From the NCBI GenBank assembly GCA_964016885.1, contig OZ024746.1, positions 75,764,001 to 75,828,000 on the forward strand: a DNA stretch of 64,000 bases. Direction: 5' to 3'. The translations under genes were made by a program, and so were the position numbers. Source of the stretch: Eledone cirrhosa. Taxonomy: Eukaryota. The notes under the pieces are model-generated. The model ran no database searches, was not told the origin of the DNA, and saw only the letters and a program-made list of their open reading frames with translations. Shown piece after piece: positions 44,101 through 57,644 of this stretch. The first letter of the stretch is position 1. Each line of letters opens with the position of its first letter.

Positions 44101-45366
44101 GACCTCTGAGGGTTCTCAGATATTTTATTGATAGGAGGTCCCCAGTTTTACCATGAAAAGCAACATAAAATGAAGCATCTTGTTCAAGAACACAATGTGT
44201 TGCCTGGTTCAGGAATCGCCCTCCACAATCTTATGAACATCAGTTCAACTCCCTAACCACTATGCCACATACCTTCATGTATATGGATTTAAAGGTAAAC
44301 ATTTATAGGTACTGAAGGATTGAATTGTCAGTTGTTTGTGAGTGATTGGATATAATATAACTGTATTTTTATGTAGTTGAATAAAACTATGTTGTGATGT
44401 CGTCATCTGAGGATCTTTTTAAAATCATTGTTCAAGGAAGTAGAACATGTCCATTTTGAAATGTCTAGGGTTTACCTGGAAGACATCTGTGCGCTAAAGG
44501 TTATCAAGGAGTGAAGGTGGGTATTGTCTGTGTAGTTAGAAATGACTGAAATTATTAATATAGAGAGAGGTCACACACTAGAGTTTACAGAATTTGTTTC
44601 AGGCAGTTTATATGTAGTCAGAATATAGAGAATATGCATCAGTAAGAAATCTATAAGCAGTCAGAATTTATAGAATATGTGTTGAGAAGTTTATATGTGG
44701 TCAGAATTTATAGGATATGTGTCAGAATCTACACAATATGTGCCAGGGAGAAGTTTATGTGGTCAGAATTTATAGAATGTGTGTCAGGGAGAAGTCTGTC
44801 AACATCTGCTGCAATGGAATGCTCAAACATGTAACTTATGTTATAAGACTACTTTATCAGAATTTTCTCAATGTAGGCATGATCAAAGTATCTGATGATG
44901 TTAAGGGGAAAAAGATTGTTTTTACTAAAATGTTAAAACTATTATTATCTCTCAATCCATACAGAAAGCAGAAACATATTTTGTATACAATCAGAAAATC
45001 TGAAAGAACAAAGACCAATAACAAAGAGAAGATAGGTTTACATATGTCCATTGTAATAGTAGTTTCATAGACATACAGTTCATATATACCAGTTGTAGTG
45101 TAGTAGTAGTAGTTTCTCATATGTCAAATGTATATTTTAGTAGAAGTGGTTTCACATACATACTTGAGTTATATGATAAAACATTGGTAGGTTCATCATT
45201 GAGAGGTATGCAGAATTTAAAAACAAGAATGACAAGATCAGAAAAAAAATCTGTATTCAACTGAATGGTATGTAAGAGAGTTTATGTCAAAAGAATGGAA
45301 GAAATTTGAACTGTTAATAATATTGTTCTTCAATTGTACCATAACAGTTTCATTTGACAATTTATT

Positions 45367-47163
45367 TTACTCAGATTTTGTTCTTTCTCCAATGTGAGTC
45401 TTCTTATGTCTTGTTAATGAATTATTTCTAGAAAATTCTTTCTCACAAATGTCACACTTGAATAGTTTTCCATTATTGTGAATAGATTTATGAACTGTAA
45501 GGTCATGGTTTGAAGGAAATCCTTTTCCACAAGTGTCACAAATGAAAGGTCTTTCGTCACTATGAGTAGATTTATGAACTGAGAGGTCATACTTTCTAGG
45601 AAATCCTTTCCCACAAATGTCACACGAGAATGGTTTTTCATCACTATGAGTGTATTTATGAACAGAAAGATCACAGTTTCTAGAAAATTCTTTTCCACAA
45701 ATATCACATTTGTAAGGTTTCCCACCAGTGTGACTATATATATGAACTGAAAGGTCATAGTTTCTGGAAAATGACTTCCCACAAATGTCACAACTATATG
45801 GTTTTTCGTCAGTATGAACATATTTATGAACTGAAAGATCACTGTTTCTAGGAAACCCTTTTCCACAGATGTCACATTTAAATGGTTTTTCATCAGTATG
45901 ACTATATTTATGAAATTGTAGTGAACCATTATTAGAAAACCCTTTCCCACAAGTGTCACAACTATATGGTTTTTCCCCAGTGTGTGAATATTTATGAACT
46001 TTTAATGAACCACTTTTACAAAATCCTTTCCCACAAATGTCACACGTGTAAGGTTTCTCATCAGTATGGGTGTATGAATGAACTGAAAGGTCACGATTTC
46101 TAGAAAATGCCTTCCCACATATTTCACATTTATAAGGTTTTTCATCAGTATGGACATATTTATGAACTGAGAGGTCACAGTTTCGAGGAAATGCTTTCCC
46201 ACAAATCTCACACTTATAAGGTCTTTCATCAGTATGGGTGTACTTATGAACTGAAAGGTACCGTTTTCCAGAAAATGCTTTCCCACAAATATTACATTTG
46301 AATGGCCTTTCACCTGTATGAGTATATTTATGGACTGTAAGATCGTGATTTCTTGTAAATGATTTCCCACAAATGTCACAATTATATGGCTTTTCATCAC
46401 TATGAGTGTACTTATGAATTGAAAGGTCTTGGTTCCTAGCAAATGATTTCTCACAAATGTCACATTTATAAGGTCTTTCATCTGTATGAGTGTATTTATG
46501 AACAGTAAGGTCACAGTTTCGAGGAAATGTTTTCCCACAAATGTCACACTTATAGGGTCTTTCATCAGTGTGGGTGTATTTATGAAATTGCAATGAACCA
46601 CTATTAGAGAATGCTTTCCCGCAAATACTACAATGATATGGTTTTTCACCAGTATGAGTATATTTATGACGTTTTAATGAACTGGTTGCAGAAAATTCTT
46701 TCCCACAAATGTCACATTTATATGGATTTTCATCAGAATGAGAATATGTATGAACTGTAAGGTCATGGATTCTAGGAAAAGATTTCCCACAAATTTCACA
46801 ATTATAGGGAGTTTCTCCTGTGTGGAGAGTTTTATGTCTTGATAAGCCACAAGCTGCTGAAAATGCTTTCCCACAAATTTCACATTGGTAGGGCTTTTCT
46901 CCCATATGAACAGTACGTACATGAGTAGACAGATTACTATTTTTAGAAAATGATTTCCCACAAATTTCACACTGCCTGCGTTTATCTCTTATACGAAGAG
47001 CACATTTATGAGATAATAACTCACTACTCTGAGAAAATGATTTCCCACAATCTTCACATTGATAAGGTGTTTCTCCTGAGTGAATAAGTTTATGATCATT
47101 TAATTCTTTACTGGTAGAAAAAACTTTCTTACAAAATTCACAGTAATAGTATTCTTCCTCCAT
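45367..47163 (-). CDS. C2H2 zinc-finger protein ZNF4 (21 fingers)
   Basis: ATG MEEEYYYC at 47163; predicted 5'-UTR intron 47295-48561. Confidence 0.92.
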   Translation of the reverse strand: MEEEYYYCEFCKKVFSTSKELNDHKLIHSGETPYQCEDCGKSFSQSSELLSHKCALRIRDKRRQCEICGKSFSKNSNLSTHVRTVHMGEKPYQCEICGKAFSAACGLSRHKTLHTGETPYNCEICGKSFPRIHDLTVHTYSHSDENPYKCDICGKEFSATSSLKRHKYTHTGEKPYHCSICGKAFSNSGSLQFHKYTHTDERPYKCDICGKTFPRNCDLTVHKYTHTDERPYKCDICEKSFARNQDLSIHKYTHSDEKPYNCDICGKSFTRNHDLTVHKYTHTGERPFKCNICGKAFSGKRYLSVHKYTHTDERPYKCEICGKAFPRNCDLSVHKYVHTDEKPYKCEICGKAFSRNRDLSVHSYTHTDEKPYTCDICGKGFCKSGSLKVHKYSHTGEKPYSCDTCGKGFSNNGSLQFHKYSHTDEKPFKCDICGKGFPRNSDLSVHKYVHTDEKPYSCDICGKSFSRNYDLSVHIYSHTGGKPYKCDICGKEFSRNCDLSVHKYTHSDEKPFSCDICGKGFPRKYDLSVHKSTHSDERPFICDTCGKGFPSNHDLTVHKSIHNNGKLFKCDICEKEFSRNNSLTRHKKTHIGERTKSE

Positions 47164-48555
47164 CTTAACACATTCCTGTGTAGACAAGAATCTTTTGAGA
47201 AAAATATTTTCACAAAAATTTTACACTAATAAAGGTTTCTCTAGGTGTGTAAATCATTTGGTTAATTGTAACACCTTTTCAACAAAAGGATGACCTGGAA
47301 TGAAAGAAAACAAACATTAGTTGTGACCAACAATAAATTCTAACAATGATAATTTTACCTGTGCAATTGATTTTTTTTTTATTAGTTTGGTGCAGATGGC
47401 TTTCACAGGCTCTCTAAAACTGATAGGATTGACTACTGAATGGAGAGTTAGGATTCATTGTAGTGATTTGACAAGGCTTGACATCCAATACCACATATAT
47501 ACTTCAATTTCATTAATTAATCATAATATTCGTCCTGGAAAACGTATCTCCGCAAAACTTCATTAAGATTATGCACTATTCAAAAAGTTTTGAGGACCCA
47601 AAGTTGTGGAGCACTAAACTGTACTTATTCCTAATTTAACCCATAAAATATTAAGTAAATAAATTTTATTAATTTTTCTCATAAAATATTAATTGAATAT
47701 ATTTTATTTTACTTAGCCTAATAAAAATATTAATTTAATAAATTTTACTTCATAAAAATATTTATTTTAATAAATCGTATTATTTTACCTCATAAAATAT
47801 ATGTAATACATTTTATTAATTTATTCCATTAAAAATATTAATTAAATAAATTTACTTCATGAAAAATATCAATCAATTAACCTAAAAAAAAAACATTAAT
47901 TTAATCAAGTTTATAATTTTGCCGCAAATAAAAAACACAAACTAAACAAAGGAATTCTGAAACTAGGTCACACCCACAAATTATTCCGTCAACCAAACAA
48001 GCTAACCGAAGCACAACGTTAAAGAAAATATTCTTCCGCCATCCACTAAACAAATTGATACAAAATTATCTAGCTTGTTGTGTAGCCGCGTGTCTGCCCC
48101 GATCGAGCAAACCTATGAAAAAGATGTTCCAATCATAAGCATCGCGTCTTTTTCCGAGGTACACTTACTTCACTTGTTACTGCATTATTCAATGTCTTTC
48201 TTTTATGAGACAATTGCGTGTGATTTGAGGGAATTTGACAGCTATTATTGTATCTATTGTAGTTGTAAGTAAAGATATGTGAAACTGTATTAGCAATCAA
48301 GGCCATTCTATTAGTTTAACTTTATCAACGAATCGCGTAATCAATTTAATAACTACATGTAATTAAAAAAAGTGCATTCTTGACATCCATATTTCCTCAG
48401 TGGTATTGTCTGTTGAAATTTATTTCAAGTATGGACAACATTTCGTTGGCAACTATTTAACATTTATCACCAAAAAAACATTAAAATATTAACATTTAAA
48501 TACATGTGTGACCTAACAAAACTAACAACTGCCTACATTAACAATATCACACAGA

Positions 48556-48793
48556 AATTACCTTAGCGGAACAGCGTCTTACTCCTCTCTTCATTCAACA
48601 GTGTACATAGTGAAACAACCAGATCAACAGACACACACATCACTATTACACCTTTGTTAGGCGTGATTTAGACATTTCAGATATTTAATACAACTTTATA
48701 ATGAATACTTATTTTACATATACAACTACTGTGTATGGTGGCGCCTCTAGTGGTCATTTTTAGAGGAAAATATGAATCAAGAGTGACTTCCCT
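48556..48793 (-). promoter_or_regulatory. ZNF4 promoter and non-coding first exon module
   Basis: Minus strand: GAAGTCACTCTTGAT, CCACTAGAGGCGC (48741-48753), donor AAG|GTAATT at 48561. Confidence 0.65.
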
Positions 48794-49740
48794 TGAAATT
48801 GTTGTTAAAATCTGTTTTACTCTTAGGAAATACGCTTTAGGCTTTCTGTCTACTTTACAATATTATTTACTTATGTCATACGTATGGATATTTTATATTA
48901 AACAGTTATGTTGGACACATACTGTTCAAACTATTCGTAGCAGTGAGCAAATCTGCCGGTTCTCTTAAATGTTAATTTGACAGTCAGCACCAATTGACAG
49001 CACTGTGTAGTTTACATGTATACTCACTCTTTTTCTACATTGAATAGTTTGTTGTTCCAGGTTTGCAAAAATATACTTTTCAAATCGAGAGCGGTTCTTT
49101 GGGTAAGATAGATTACTCTCGTTTTCCGAATTGTTCTCACAATATAACCAAATAATGGATTTTTATTGATAAGTAGAACACTTTTTTTGTGGTAGCCCCG
49201 CCTCTATTGCTTACAGATATTTGGCGACCCCAGTATGGTCAACAATCAGACAATATTTTCTAGGGAGCTCCTTTTCAATTCTTATAATGTTTACTGTCTC
49301 ATGTTTCTACCAGGAGTTGCGACCGTTAGAGAGTATCAGCAATGGAAACAGTTTCTTTGGTCCGATTTAACGATTAGCTTCTACCCCTTAAGTTGTTTTC
49401 TCATATACAGACTTTCATCGATGCTTAGTAGTAAGTAGATACTTTCTAAGGGATGTTTGTTCAGGTCGTCCACGAAGTTAGTGTATCTGTCTGTTAGGCT
49501 ATCACATATTGCTGAGTAAATCTGAAGAGAAGCAGTTTGATGTTGCAATTGTAGCACCCGCTACTATACGAAGTTCATCTTCAAACTATGACATATTGTT
49601 AGATTTCCTTTACACTTAACAGTGGACAGGAATATCTTTATTCACATATAAACAATGAAATATAATGCAATATCTGGTGTAGTTCGATGGTTAGAGCATT
49701 TCTTCATGACTTGTCTTCGCTTCCATTTCAGGTGTGGGAA

Positions 49741-49886
49741 CATCATCATCATCATCATCATCATCAACGTTTAACGTCCGTGTTCCACGCTTGCATGGGT
49801 TTGGACGGGGGTAGTCCCACTTGAGGCAAGAGTGATTGTCTTGCTCGCATAGGACTGTCTGGCAGGTTTTCTACAGTTGGATGCCC
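49741..49886 (-). mobile_element. RTE LINE 3' tail fragment (also 27232-27383 and 30683-30833 on +)
   Basis: Near-identical to 23337-23478, with (GAT)n tail. Confidence 0.8.
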
Positions 49887-50019
49887 GACAATAAAAAGTA
49901 ATTTTAAGAGTTATCCAACTTGGAATTAAAAGGTTCGACCTAAAAATGTTTTAACGAAACGAAATGAGGTTGCTACAATATTAAATACCATATATAATTA
50001 TTACACTGATCCCATGATT

Positions 50020-50135
50020 GAGTTCAAATCTCGCCAAGGTTAACTTCCTTTCATCCTTACGAGGTCGATAAAATAAAGTACCAGTAATGTACTGGGTGAT
50101 TGCTGGCCTTGTGCCAAAAGTAGAAACAATTATTA
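50020..50135 (+). mobile_element. 5'-truncated Nin-like SINE with long target-site duplication
   Basis: AATTATTACACTGATCCCATGATT repeated at 49996-50019 and 50128-50151. Confidence 0.75.
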
Positions 50136-52111
50136 CACTGATCCCATGATTTCTAATGGAGTTGCAGGGGCTCTGTCATATATGCCTTGGACATTTAAAA
50201 CCTGGCAGCACCCAATCCTCTCCAGGATTGACCACAGCCAGTTTCATCCAGAGAGAAGAATTGGCGTCAGTACTGGACTGATACTTTATCAATCTCTAAA
50301 CAATGAAAGGCTAAATTGGCCTCAAACAGTCTCTCTAATTAAAACCACATACCCATAGTAATAGCTGCAATATCAATATCCTCACAAACTCCAAACAATG
50401 TGCTGGGATGCACATAAACTGCAGAAGGTTAGTAATTAATGCTGTCTGACCAAGATCCCATTGCACATCCCCACAGTAATCACAATCCTGATATACAAGT
50501 GTACTGAAATATACTGGACAGTGAAGCATGTCTCGACTGTCTTGCTGCACCCTATACAATCCATCATAGCATGTTGGAGTGTAGAGTATAGTTCTTAGTT
50601 AAAGGACGATATGGTAAAACTGCAAAAAAAAAAAATAGATTGGGGCTGGGGGGTGGCGTCCTTGATCATTTAGCCAACTAAATGAGTACTGCAGATTTGT
50701 AAGCAGCATACTGACATGAGTTACACATGTACCTTATAGAGAGGGAGCAATTGCTCTCCATTAATGTGCTGTGATTGTTCTTCCATATGGTTGAATAAGA
50801 CTCTTGTGATGTCCTCAAGATCTCTGTTCATGGAAGTAGAGTGGTATTTTTCTACTGGTTTGTCATTACTGTGGCCTTACAGGCACGGATATTAGTCAAC
50901 CTGAGGTTAGAGAAGACATTTGTTCAAGGTACCATGCAGAGTACCCTGTAAAGTGGTTGTTGTTAGAAAGAAACCATACCAAATATGAAGCATGAGCAAA
51001 ACGAGGTTGCTCCAACCCGTCTGGTCTTAGACCATGACAACCCGTACCAGCATGGAAAGCAAACATAAAATAATAATGCTTCAACAATGAAACAAATACA
51101 AAAAGAAAAAAAAATGATATTAAATTTACTCAAATACATGGCAGAAAGAGTATGTTTTAAAAACTAGAATCACAGAAATTGCAGTAAAACGGTAATGGTT
51201 TGAAGAACCATTCTAATAAGACAAATTATGAGCATTGCTTAACTCATTGCCATACTTCTAATAAAATACACTGCAAATGTATCTTAATTTCTTCATTCAT
51301 TTATTCCCAGGAGCATTTCTTTCATAAAATGGAATTCTCTGTGGGTTGATGTGATAAAATGAAGAATGTAATGACTACTTTGTGGGAAATCTTAGTAAAG
51401 AAAAATAACAAAAATGAAAAGGTCAGAAAACCCTGTAATTAAGAGGTTAATATTCTAAGAAAGACTGTTTTAATGAAAAAGAAAATTTAAAACATGTTAG
51501 TTGTATCGTCTTCAGTGAAGACAGGTGGCCTGACCAACATACATCAAGCCTCAGCCTGCTGCTAAGTGGCATACATACTACTTTTCAACCATTGTCATCC
51601 AAATGTTCATTTTGCTGTTTCCACATTCTCGAGAGCTCTTCTACTGTTCACTCATGTAATGCTCAGGGTTCCATAGGCTTTATCAAACTATTTTGTAGTT
51701 TATAAAAGAGTCTTTAAATCTTCATAGCATATTAAACAAACTATAAACCATAAAATTGAGTCTCAGCAACGCGTTGTGTCTCTTCAACAAGATACTTATT
51801 TCACATTACTCAGTCCTCTCAGCTGGAAAAAATGAGAATTACATTGAGGATATATGTGCCCGTGGAATGCACAGCTACTTGCAGGTTAATTTCACAAGCA
51901 GGCTATATTATTAATCTAACAACTGGAACACTCATCATTAGAAGCAATGGTGATCCAAAACAACAGTTGATTCTCAACAGTACTAACACATATAAAATGA
52001 AAATTTTCATCACAAAATGGTCTTTCTTTGAGTCCATAAAGGGCAATTAAACTGTCAAGTGCCAAATTATATATTTACAATATAGGAAATAATGATGTGA
52101 TAAACATTTTC

Positions 52112-53086
52112 TCATGCATGAACTGAGTGCTTATGTGCTTTAAATAAATACTTTCTATGAAATCCTTTTCCACAAACATCACAGTGGTAACACATTTCTC
52201 CAACATGGAAAGTCCGTATATGTGTTGATAAGTTACAATTATAAGAGAAAGTTTTCCCACAAATGTCACATTTATAAGCTTTGTCACCGATATGTGTATA
52301 TTTATGAGCTTTTAATAAACTATTTGTTGCATATGTTTTTCCACAAATTTCACAATGGTATCGTTTTTCACCAGTATGGACGCGTTTATGTCCTGCCAAA
52401 TTACTGTAATCTGAAAATGCTGTCCCACAAACTTCACAAATATAAGGTTTTTCTCCTGTATGGAGAATCTGATGTCTTTTTAAGCTAAATGCTCTTGAAA
52501 ATGCTTTCCCACAAATTTCGCAAGTGTATGGCTTTTCCCCTGTGTGTACCCGCATATGTTTTTTTAAGTTGGAGACTCTTGCAGTTGTTTTCCCACAAAT
52601 TCCACAGTGGTAGAGCTTTTCATCTGTGTGAATCTGTATGTGATAATTCAATGATTTTTGTGAAGAAAAGGTTTTATCACAAACGTTGCACGAGTAAGAC
52701 ATCTCTTCTATATTATCACCACATTTATGAGATAATAAATCACTATTCTGAGTAAATGCTTTGCCACAATCCTTACATTGGTATGGTTTTTCATCTGTAT
52801 GTGTTGGATTTTCATCTGTTTGAGTTAGTTTTTCACTTGTATGAATATGAGATTCAAATAATTTATTATTAGAAAATGCTTTCCCACAAATATTACAAAG
52901 ATATGGCTTTTCATCCTCAACAATACATTTATGAATTGAAAGCTCATCACTTTTAGCAAATGATTTACCACAATCCTCACACTGGTAAGGTGTTTCTCCT
53001 GAGTGAATGAGTTGATGAACTTTTAATTCTTCACTGGTGGAAAAAACTTTCCTACAAAATTCACAGGAATAATATTCTTCCTCCAT
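52112..53086 (-). CDS. C2H2 zinc-finger protein ZNF5 (~11 fingers), closest paralogue of ZNF2
   Basis: ATG MEEEYYSC at 53086; predicted 5'-UTR intron 53488-54795. Confidence 0.9.
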   Translation of the reverse strand: MEEEYYSCEFCRKVFSTSEELKVHQLIHSGETPYQCEDCGKSFAKSDELSIHKCIVEDEKPYLCNICGKAFSNNKLFESHIHTSEKLTQTDENPTHTDEKPYQCKDCGKAFTQNSDLLSHKCGDNIEEMSYSCNVCDKTFSSQKSLNYHIQIHTDEKLYHCGICGKTTARVSNLKKHMRVHTGEKPYTCEICGKAFSRAFSLKRHQILHTGEKPYICEVCGTAFSDYSNLAGHKRVHTGEKRYHCEICGKTYATNSLLKAHKYTHIGDKAYKCDICGKTFSYNCNLSTHIRTFHVGEMCYHCDVCGKGFHRKYLFKAHKHSVHA

Positions 53087-54789
53087 CTTAACACATTCAT
53101 GTACAGAAAAAAGAATCTTTTGAGAAAATAATTCCACAGAAATTTTACACCAGTAAACGTTTCTCAGGTGTGTGAACCATTTTGTAAAATAACTTTTTCA
53201 CAATGAAAATTTACATATTTGTATGACCAAAAAAATTCTATCAAACAGAAATGCCCCAACAAATTCCACATTGAACTTTATCTTCAACTGATTCTCTTAC
53301 TGTTTAATTTATATAATTCACTTGTAATATTTTGTTTTACTTTAAATTGAAATTGTGGTCACTAAGGATGTTTATCATATACTAAAAAAAAAACAACATT
53401 GATATATATCACATTGTGGTTATTTCAGTCAACACTGGTGAATTACAATGTCTTCTGGTAGAAAATGTTTCAACATAAAAGGATGACCTGAAATGAAAGA
53501 AAACCAACATTAGTTTTTGACCAACAACATACTCTGATAATTTTACTGGCATAAATGGTAGGTGATATATATATGAGAACAGAATAGAATTTAGGATGTG
53601 AAAACACATGAAAAACTGTCAACATTGGCAGATCCTTATGAAAGAAAAAGATCTAAGTAGATGGATGACACAATGATACATGATCAAACTAAGTGTCAAT
53701 CTGTTATAATACCATCTTGTCTAAATTATGACAGCAAGGAACACTATGATGATGATGATAGAGATTAGAGACTGAAATGATAACAAATACAAATATATAT
53801 ATATACACACACAGGTACATATGCATATATAATTATGTATCTTATATTCCTTATAAACCTTCTATAGTAATATTAAATCTACCACACTTTCGCCCCCACT
53901 TCAACTTAATTTAACAATCACACAAAATATTACTTCTCATTTCTCTCCAACAATTTTCACATAAATCTAGGTGTCAGTTCAGTTTAGCATTTGGACGTTG
54001 TCTGATTGACAGCTGAGATGGGTGTTAACATCAACTGTGCACGCAGTGTATTCTGTTGTCTTTTATATCTATTGAGATATATCATTGGATAAATGTCATC
54101 TTTATCACGCAAAACGGTACTGCTGGTACCAGAATAAAAGCACCCAGTGCACACCATTAAGTGATTGACGCTAGGAAGAGCATCTATTAATATTAACCAA
54201 CGGATCTATCTTTAGACAAGAACAATAACAAAATAGCACGAATCCCAATAGCAGTCCGAAGATAGATTCATAGATAGAACGAAGTCGTAATTTTGATAAT
54301 AAATGAATGTAAAATGAAATATAGCAATAACAAGAGGGTGAAGGTCCGGGAAAGTTTGATGATTCAAGTATCTTTATATAGAATGTTGTAATCAAGGATT
54401 TAAGTAAAATATATTTTTACGGCTTTTATGCGAGTATACACACACACATTAGATATGTATATATTTTTTTACTGCAATAATTCAATCGAAAAATCCGGTA
54501 CATCAGATTTTACTTTCAATTTAATGTCTTTTAGGAATTTGCCCTTTGTACTTTATCTTAGAATTTTCTTAACGAAATTATTGACGTTTATCCTATGGAG
54601 GTAGAACATAAAGTTATAGTATTAAATGCGAAAGGAATTTGTAGAAAGCAAAATTGCTACAGAGAGGTGCGAATACGAAAAAAAAAAACATTTCGTTGGC
54701 AAGTATATAACATTTAACCCTAACACACCATTAAAACATGGTTAACATTTAAATACATATGTAACCTTGCAAAATTTACATCATACAGA

Positions 54790-54993
54790 AATTACCTTAG
54801 TAGAATATCGCTTTATCTTCTCTCTTTTCATTCAATAGTGTACTTAATGAAACACACAAATCACGACAAAACCTTCGTTATATGTAATTCAGCCATTACC
54901 TAGAATTAAGACAACTTTATAATGAATAGACTGCATATGGTGGCGCCTCTATCGGTCATTTATGAGGAAAATATGAATCAAGAGTGACCTCCC
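54790..54993 (-). promoter_or_regulatory. ZNF5 promoter and non-coding first exon module
   Basis: Minus strand: GGAGGTCACTCTTGAT, CCGATAGAGGCGC (54943-54955), donor at 54795. Confidence 0.62.
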
Positions 54994-56699
54994 TTCAAAT
55001 TCTTATCAACCATAATAATACTCCATGTGTTTTGGTATATCCGTCTGCAACTTTTTTTTAACTTACACACACAATGCATTTCCTATACCACAATAATAAA
55101 TTTGCTCTCCAATCACCAGCTTTTGGGGTTTGATCCTGCATTTATTGGGTAAATTTATAAAAAGTGGGAAATAATGTTTTTCTCGTTTTTGATTTTTTTG
55201 TGTGCTATCAATTAAATTTACATCCTAAGGACTTTTCTCCCGGAAAAAAGAGGGGCGGATCTTTGGATTAAACCTCCCTCCCATCACCGAGTTTTTTTTT
55301 ACCATTTCCTTTTCTCTCGGATTTTTCAAATTAATCTTACTTCCGAACATGCTGCAAAAGACTTCTCCGGAAAATGGAGCGGGGATGGTCGGACAACACT
55401 CTGAATTTTCTTTACCCCCTCCCCTTTAAATTCTGAGGCAAGACACTTAACTATAAATATTTTATGATCAATTTTTATATTTTTCCTGCTCAGTGGTAAA
55501 AAGCGAAAGCTTTGCATTTTATTTCTCGCATGCAATTTTTAAAAATATGTATTTAAAACGACCAAACGTTTATTCCTCCTTATATCCAGTGCACTCTGTA
55601 AAGTGCTAAGGCTGGTGCCACGATAAAACGTGTCTAATATTCTTTGTAATGTAGTTGGTGTTAGGAAGTGCATCCAACCATAGAAACTATGAGCAAGAGG
55701 TAATTATCTGATGAAATCGTGACGACCCATCTAGCCCATATCAGCTTGGAAAAATATGTAAAATAATAATAGCAATATACACCCTGTATATATAAAACAA
55801 AAACGCATTTCTTCTTCCAGTTTCAATTTTAATGGAAACAATACACATTAAAAATGACAAAACATATTAAAGAGAGGGAAAGGAAATGAAATTTTATAAA
55901 GGCTAATCTTCTTGATCATTAGAAATACAGACTCCATGAGGTCTTTCAGCCCTCTTACATTCACAAATTATATAGCTTTAAAGTAAGCAGTTAGTGAAGT
56001 TCAGTTTGGAGGTTGTGTCACCACCAATCTTGTATAGATATTTTACATATTAAACTGATAGAATCTAAAATTTAACCAACTTTATTAAAAATTCTGGATT
56101 GTGGAGCTGAGATAATGATTGAAAACATGTAGCGATATTTTGTATGTACAACTTATATGAGCATTGACATTAAAACTTCAGATCAAAGAAGCTCAAACTT
56201 TTTAGACCACTGATCATTTTATAGAATCCTTGAACCCAGTCATGAAAAAAAAAACAGTAAATGGAATATAAAATAGACAACAAAAACTAATAAATAACTC
56301 AGAAACTTTTATATGCAGGTTGCATTTTATTGTATTATTTTATATATTTTTATTTATACAAATATCTGATTTTAATCCAAAAGTTCAGTCAACCTCCTGG
56401 GGGGTCAATATTACCATAGTGGTAAGTTATCTCATTAATGTAGATATAGTTGTGGTTATATGAAATATCATGTTAAGTGGTTGTTATTACACTGTTATAT
56501 TTTATTTTGTGAATAAAGTTATAGCTATATATCCTTTTTCATAGAATGATTTTTGACATTGATACAGTTACTTTGCAGAATGAATACATACATGTGTAGT
56601 TGTGACATTTTTGAGAAAATGATTTACCACAAATAGGGTTTCTCTCCTGTATTAATACATTTGTGTATAGTTAAGAAACTTACTTTAGAGAATGTTTTA

Positions 56700-57644
56700 C
56701 TAGACATCACAGTGATATGGCTTCATTCTTGTATGAATGTACTTATGTCTAGTCAAGCTACTTGTCTGAGAGAATGATTTACCACATATGTTACAGCAGT
56801 ATGGTTTCTCTCCAGTGTGAATACGGTAGTGTTTAGTTAAGTTACTTCCTACAGAGAACGATTTATCACAGATTTCACAGTGATATGGTTTCTCTCCTGT
56901 ATGAATGCGTTTGTGATTAGTTAAGTGGTCTTTTTGAGAGAATGATATACCACAAATTTCACAGTAATATGGCTTCTCTCCTGTATGAATACGCTTGTGA
57001 CTAGTTAAGTTATTTGACAGAGAGAATGATTTACCACAAATATCACAGTGATATGGTTTGTTTCCTGTATGAATATACATGTGTGTAGTTAGGTTACTTT
57101 TCTGAGAGAATGATTTACCACAGATTTCACAGTGGTATGGTCTCTCTCCTGTATGAATCCATTTATGAACATTTAAATTACTTGACAGAGAGAATGATTT
57201 ACCACAAATGTCACAGCAATATGGTTTGTCTCCTGTATGAATATACTTGTGTGTAGTTAACCTACCCTGTTGAGAAAATGATTTACCACAGATTTCACAG
57301 TGGTATGGTTTCTCTCCTGTATGAATGCGTTTGTGATTAGTCAAGTGACCAGTTTCAGAAAATGATTTACCACAGATATCACAGTGGTATGGTTTCTCTC
57401 CTGTATGAATACGTTTGTGTTTAGTTACATTATTTATTTCAGAGAATGATTTACCACAGATATCACAGTGGTATGGTCTCACTCCTGTGTGAGTATGCCT
57501 ATGTCGAGTTAAATTACTTCCTCTTGAGAATGATTTACCACATATATCACAGTCATATGACTTCTCTCCTGTATGAATGCTTTTTTCATTAGTTAAGTTA
57601 CCTTTTTGATAATACAACTGTTTACAAATAAGCTTTTTTTGCAT
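56700..57644 (-). CDS. C2H2 zinc-finger protein ZNF6 (10 canonical fingers; different family; start uncertain, possibly decaying)
   Basis: Regular [17 protein letters not shown] repeats; in-frame ATG at 57644; stop falls inside an 11th finger; acceptor TTTCAG| at 58309. Confidence 0.8.
   Translation of the reverse strand: MQKKLICKQLYYQKGNLTNEKSIHTGEKSYDCDICGKSFSRGSNLTRHRHTHTGVRPYHCDICGKSFSEINNVTKHKRIHTGEKPYHCDICGKSFSETGHLTNHKRIHTGEKPYHCEICGKSFSQQGRLTTHKYIHTGDKPYCCDICGKSFSLSSNLNVHKWIHTGERPYHCEICGKSFSQKSNLTTHMYIHTGNKPYHCDICGKSFSLSNNLTSHKRIHTGEKPYYCEICGISFSQKDHLTNHKRIHTGEKPYHCEICDKSFSVGSNLTKHYRIHTGEKPYCCNICGKSFSQTSSLTRHKYIHTRMKPYHCDV

Noticed and set aside
44600-44800. Degenerate ~40-bp tandem repeat and overlapping 117-aa ORF
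   Set aside because: Ordinary minisatellite with no recognisable protein motif.
45414-46970. Alternate-frame and antisense ORFs over ZNF4 (and similar ones over ZNF1, 2, 3 and 5)
   Set aside because: Shadows of the repetitive zinc-finger codons.
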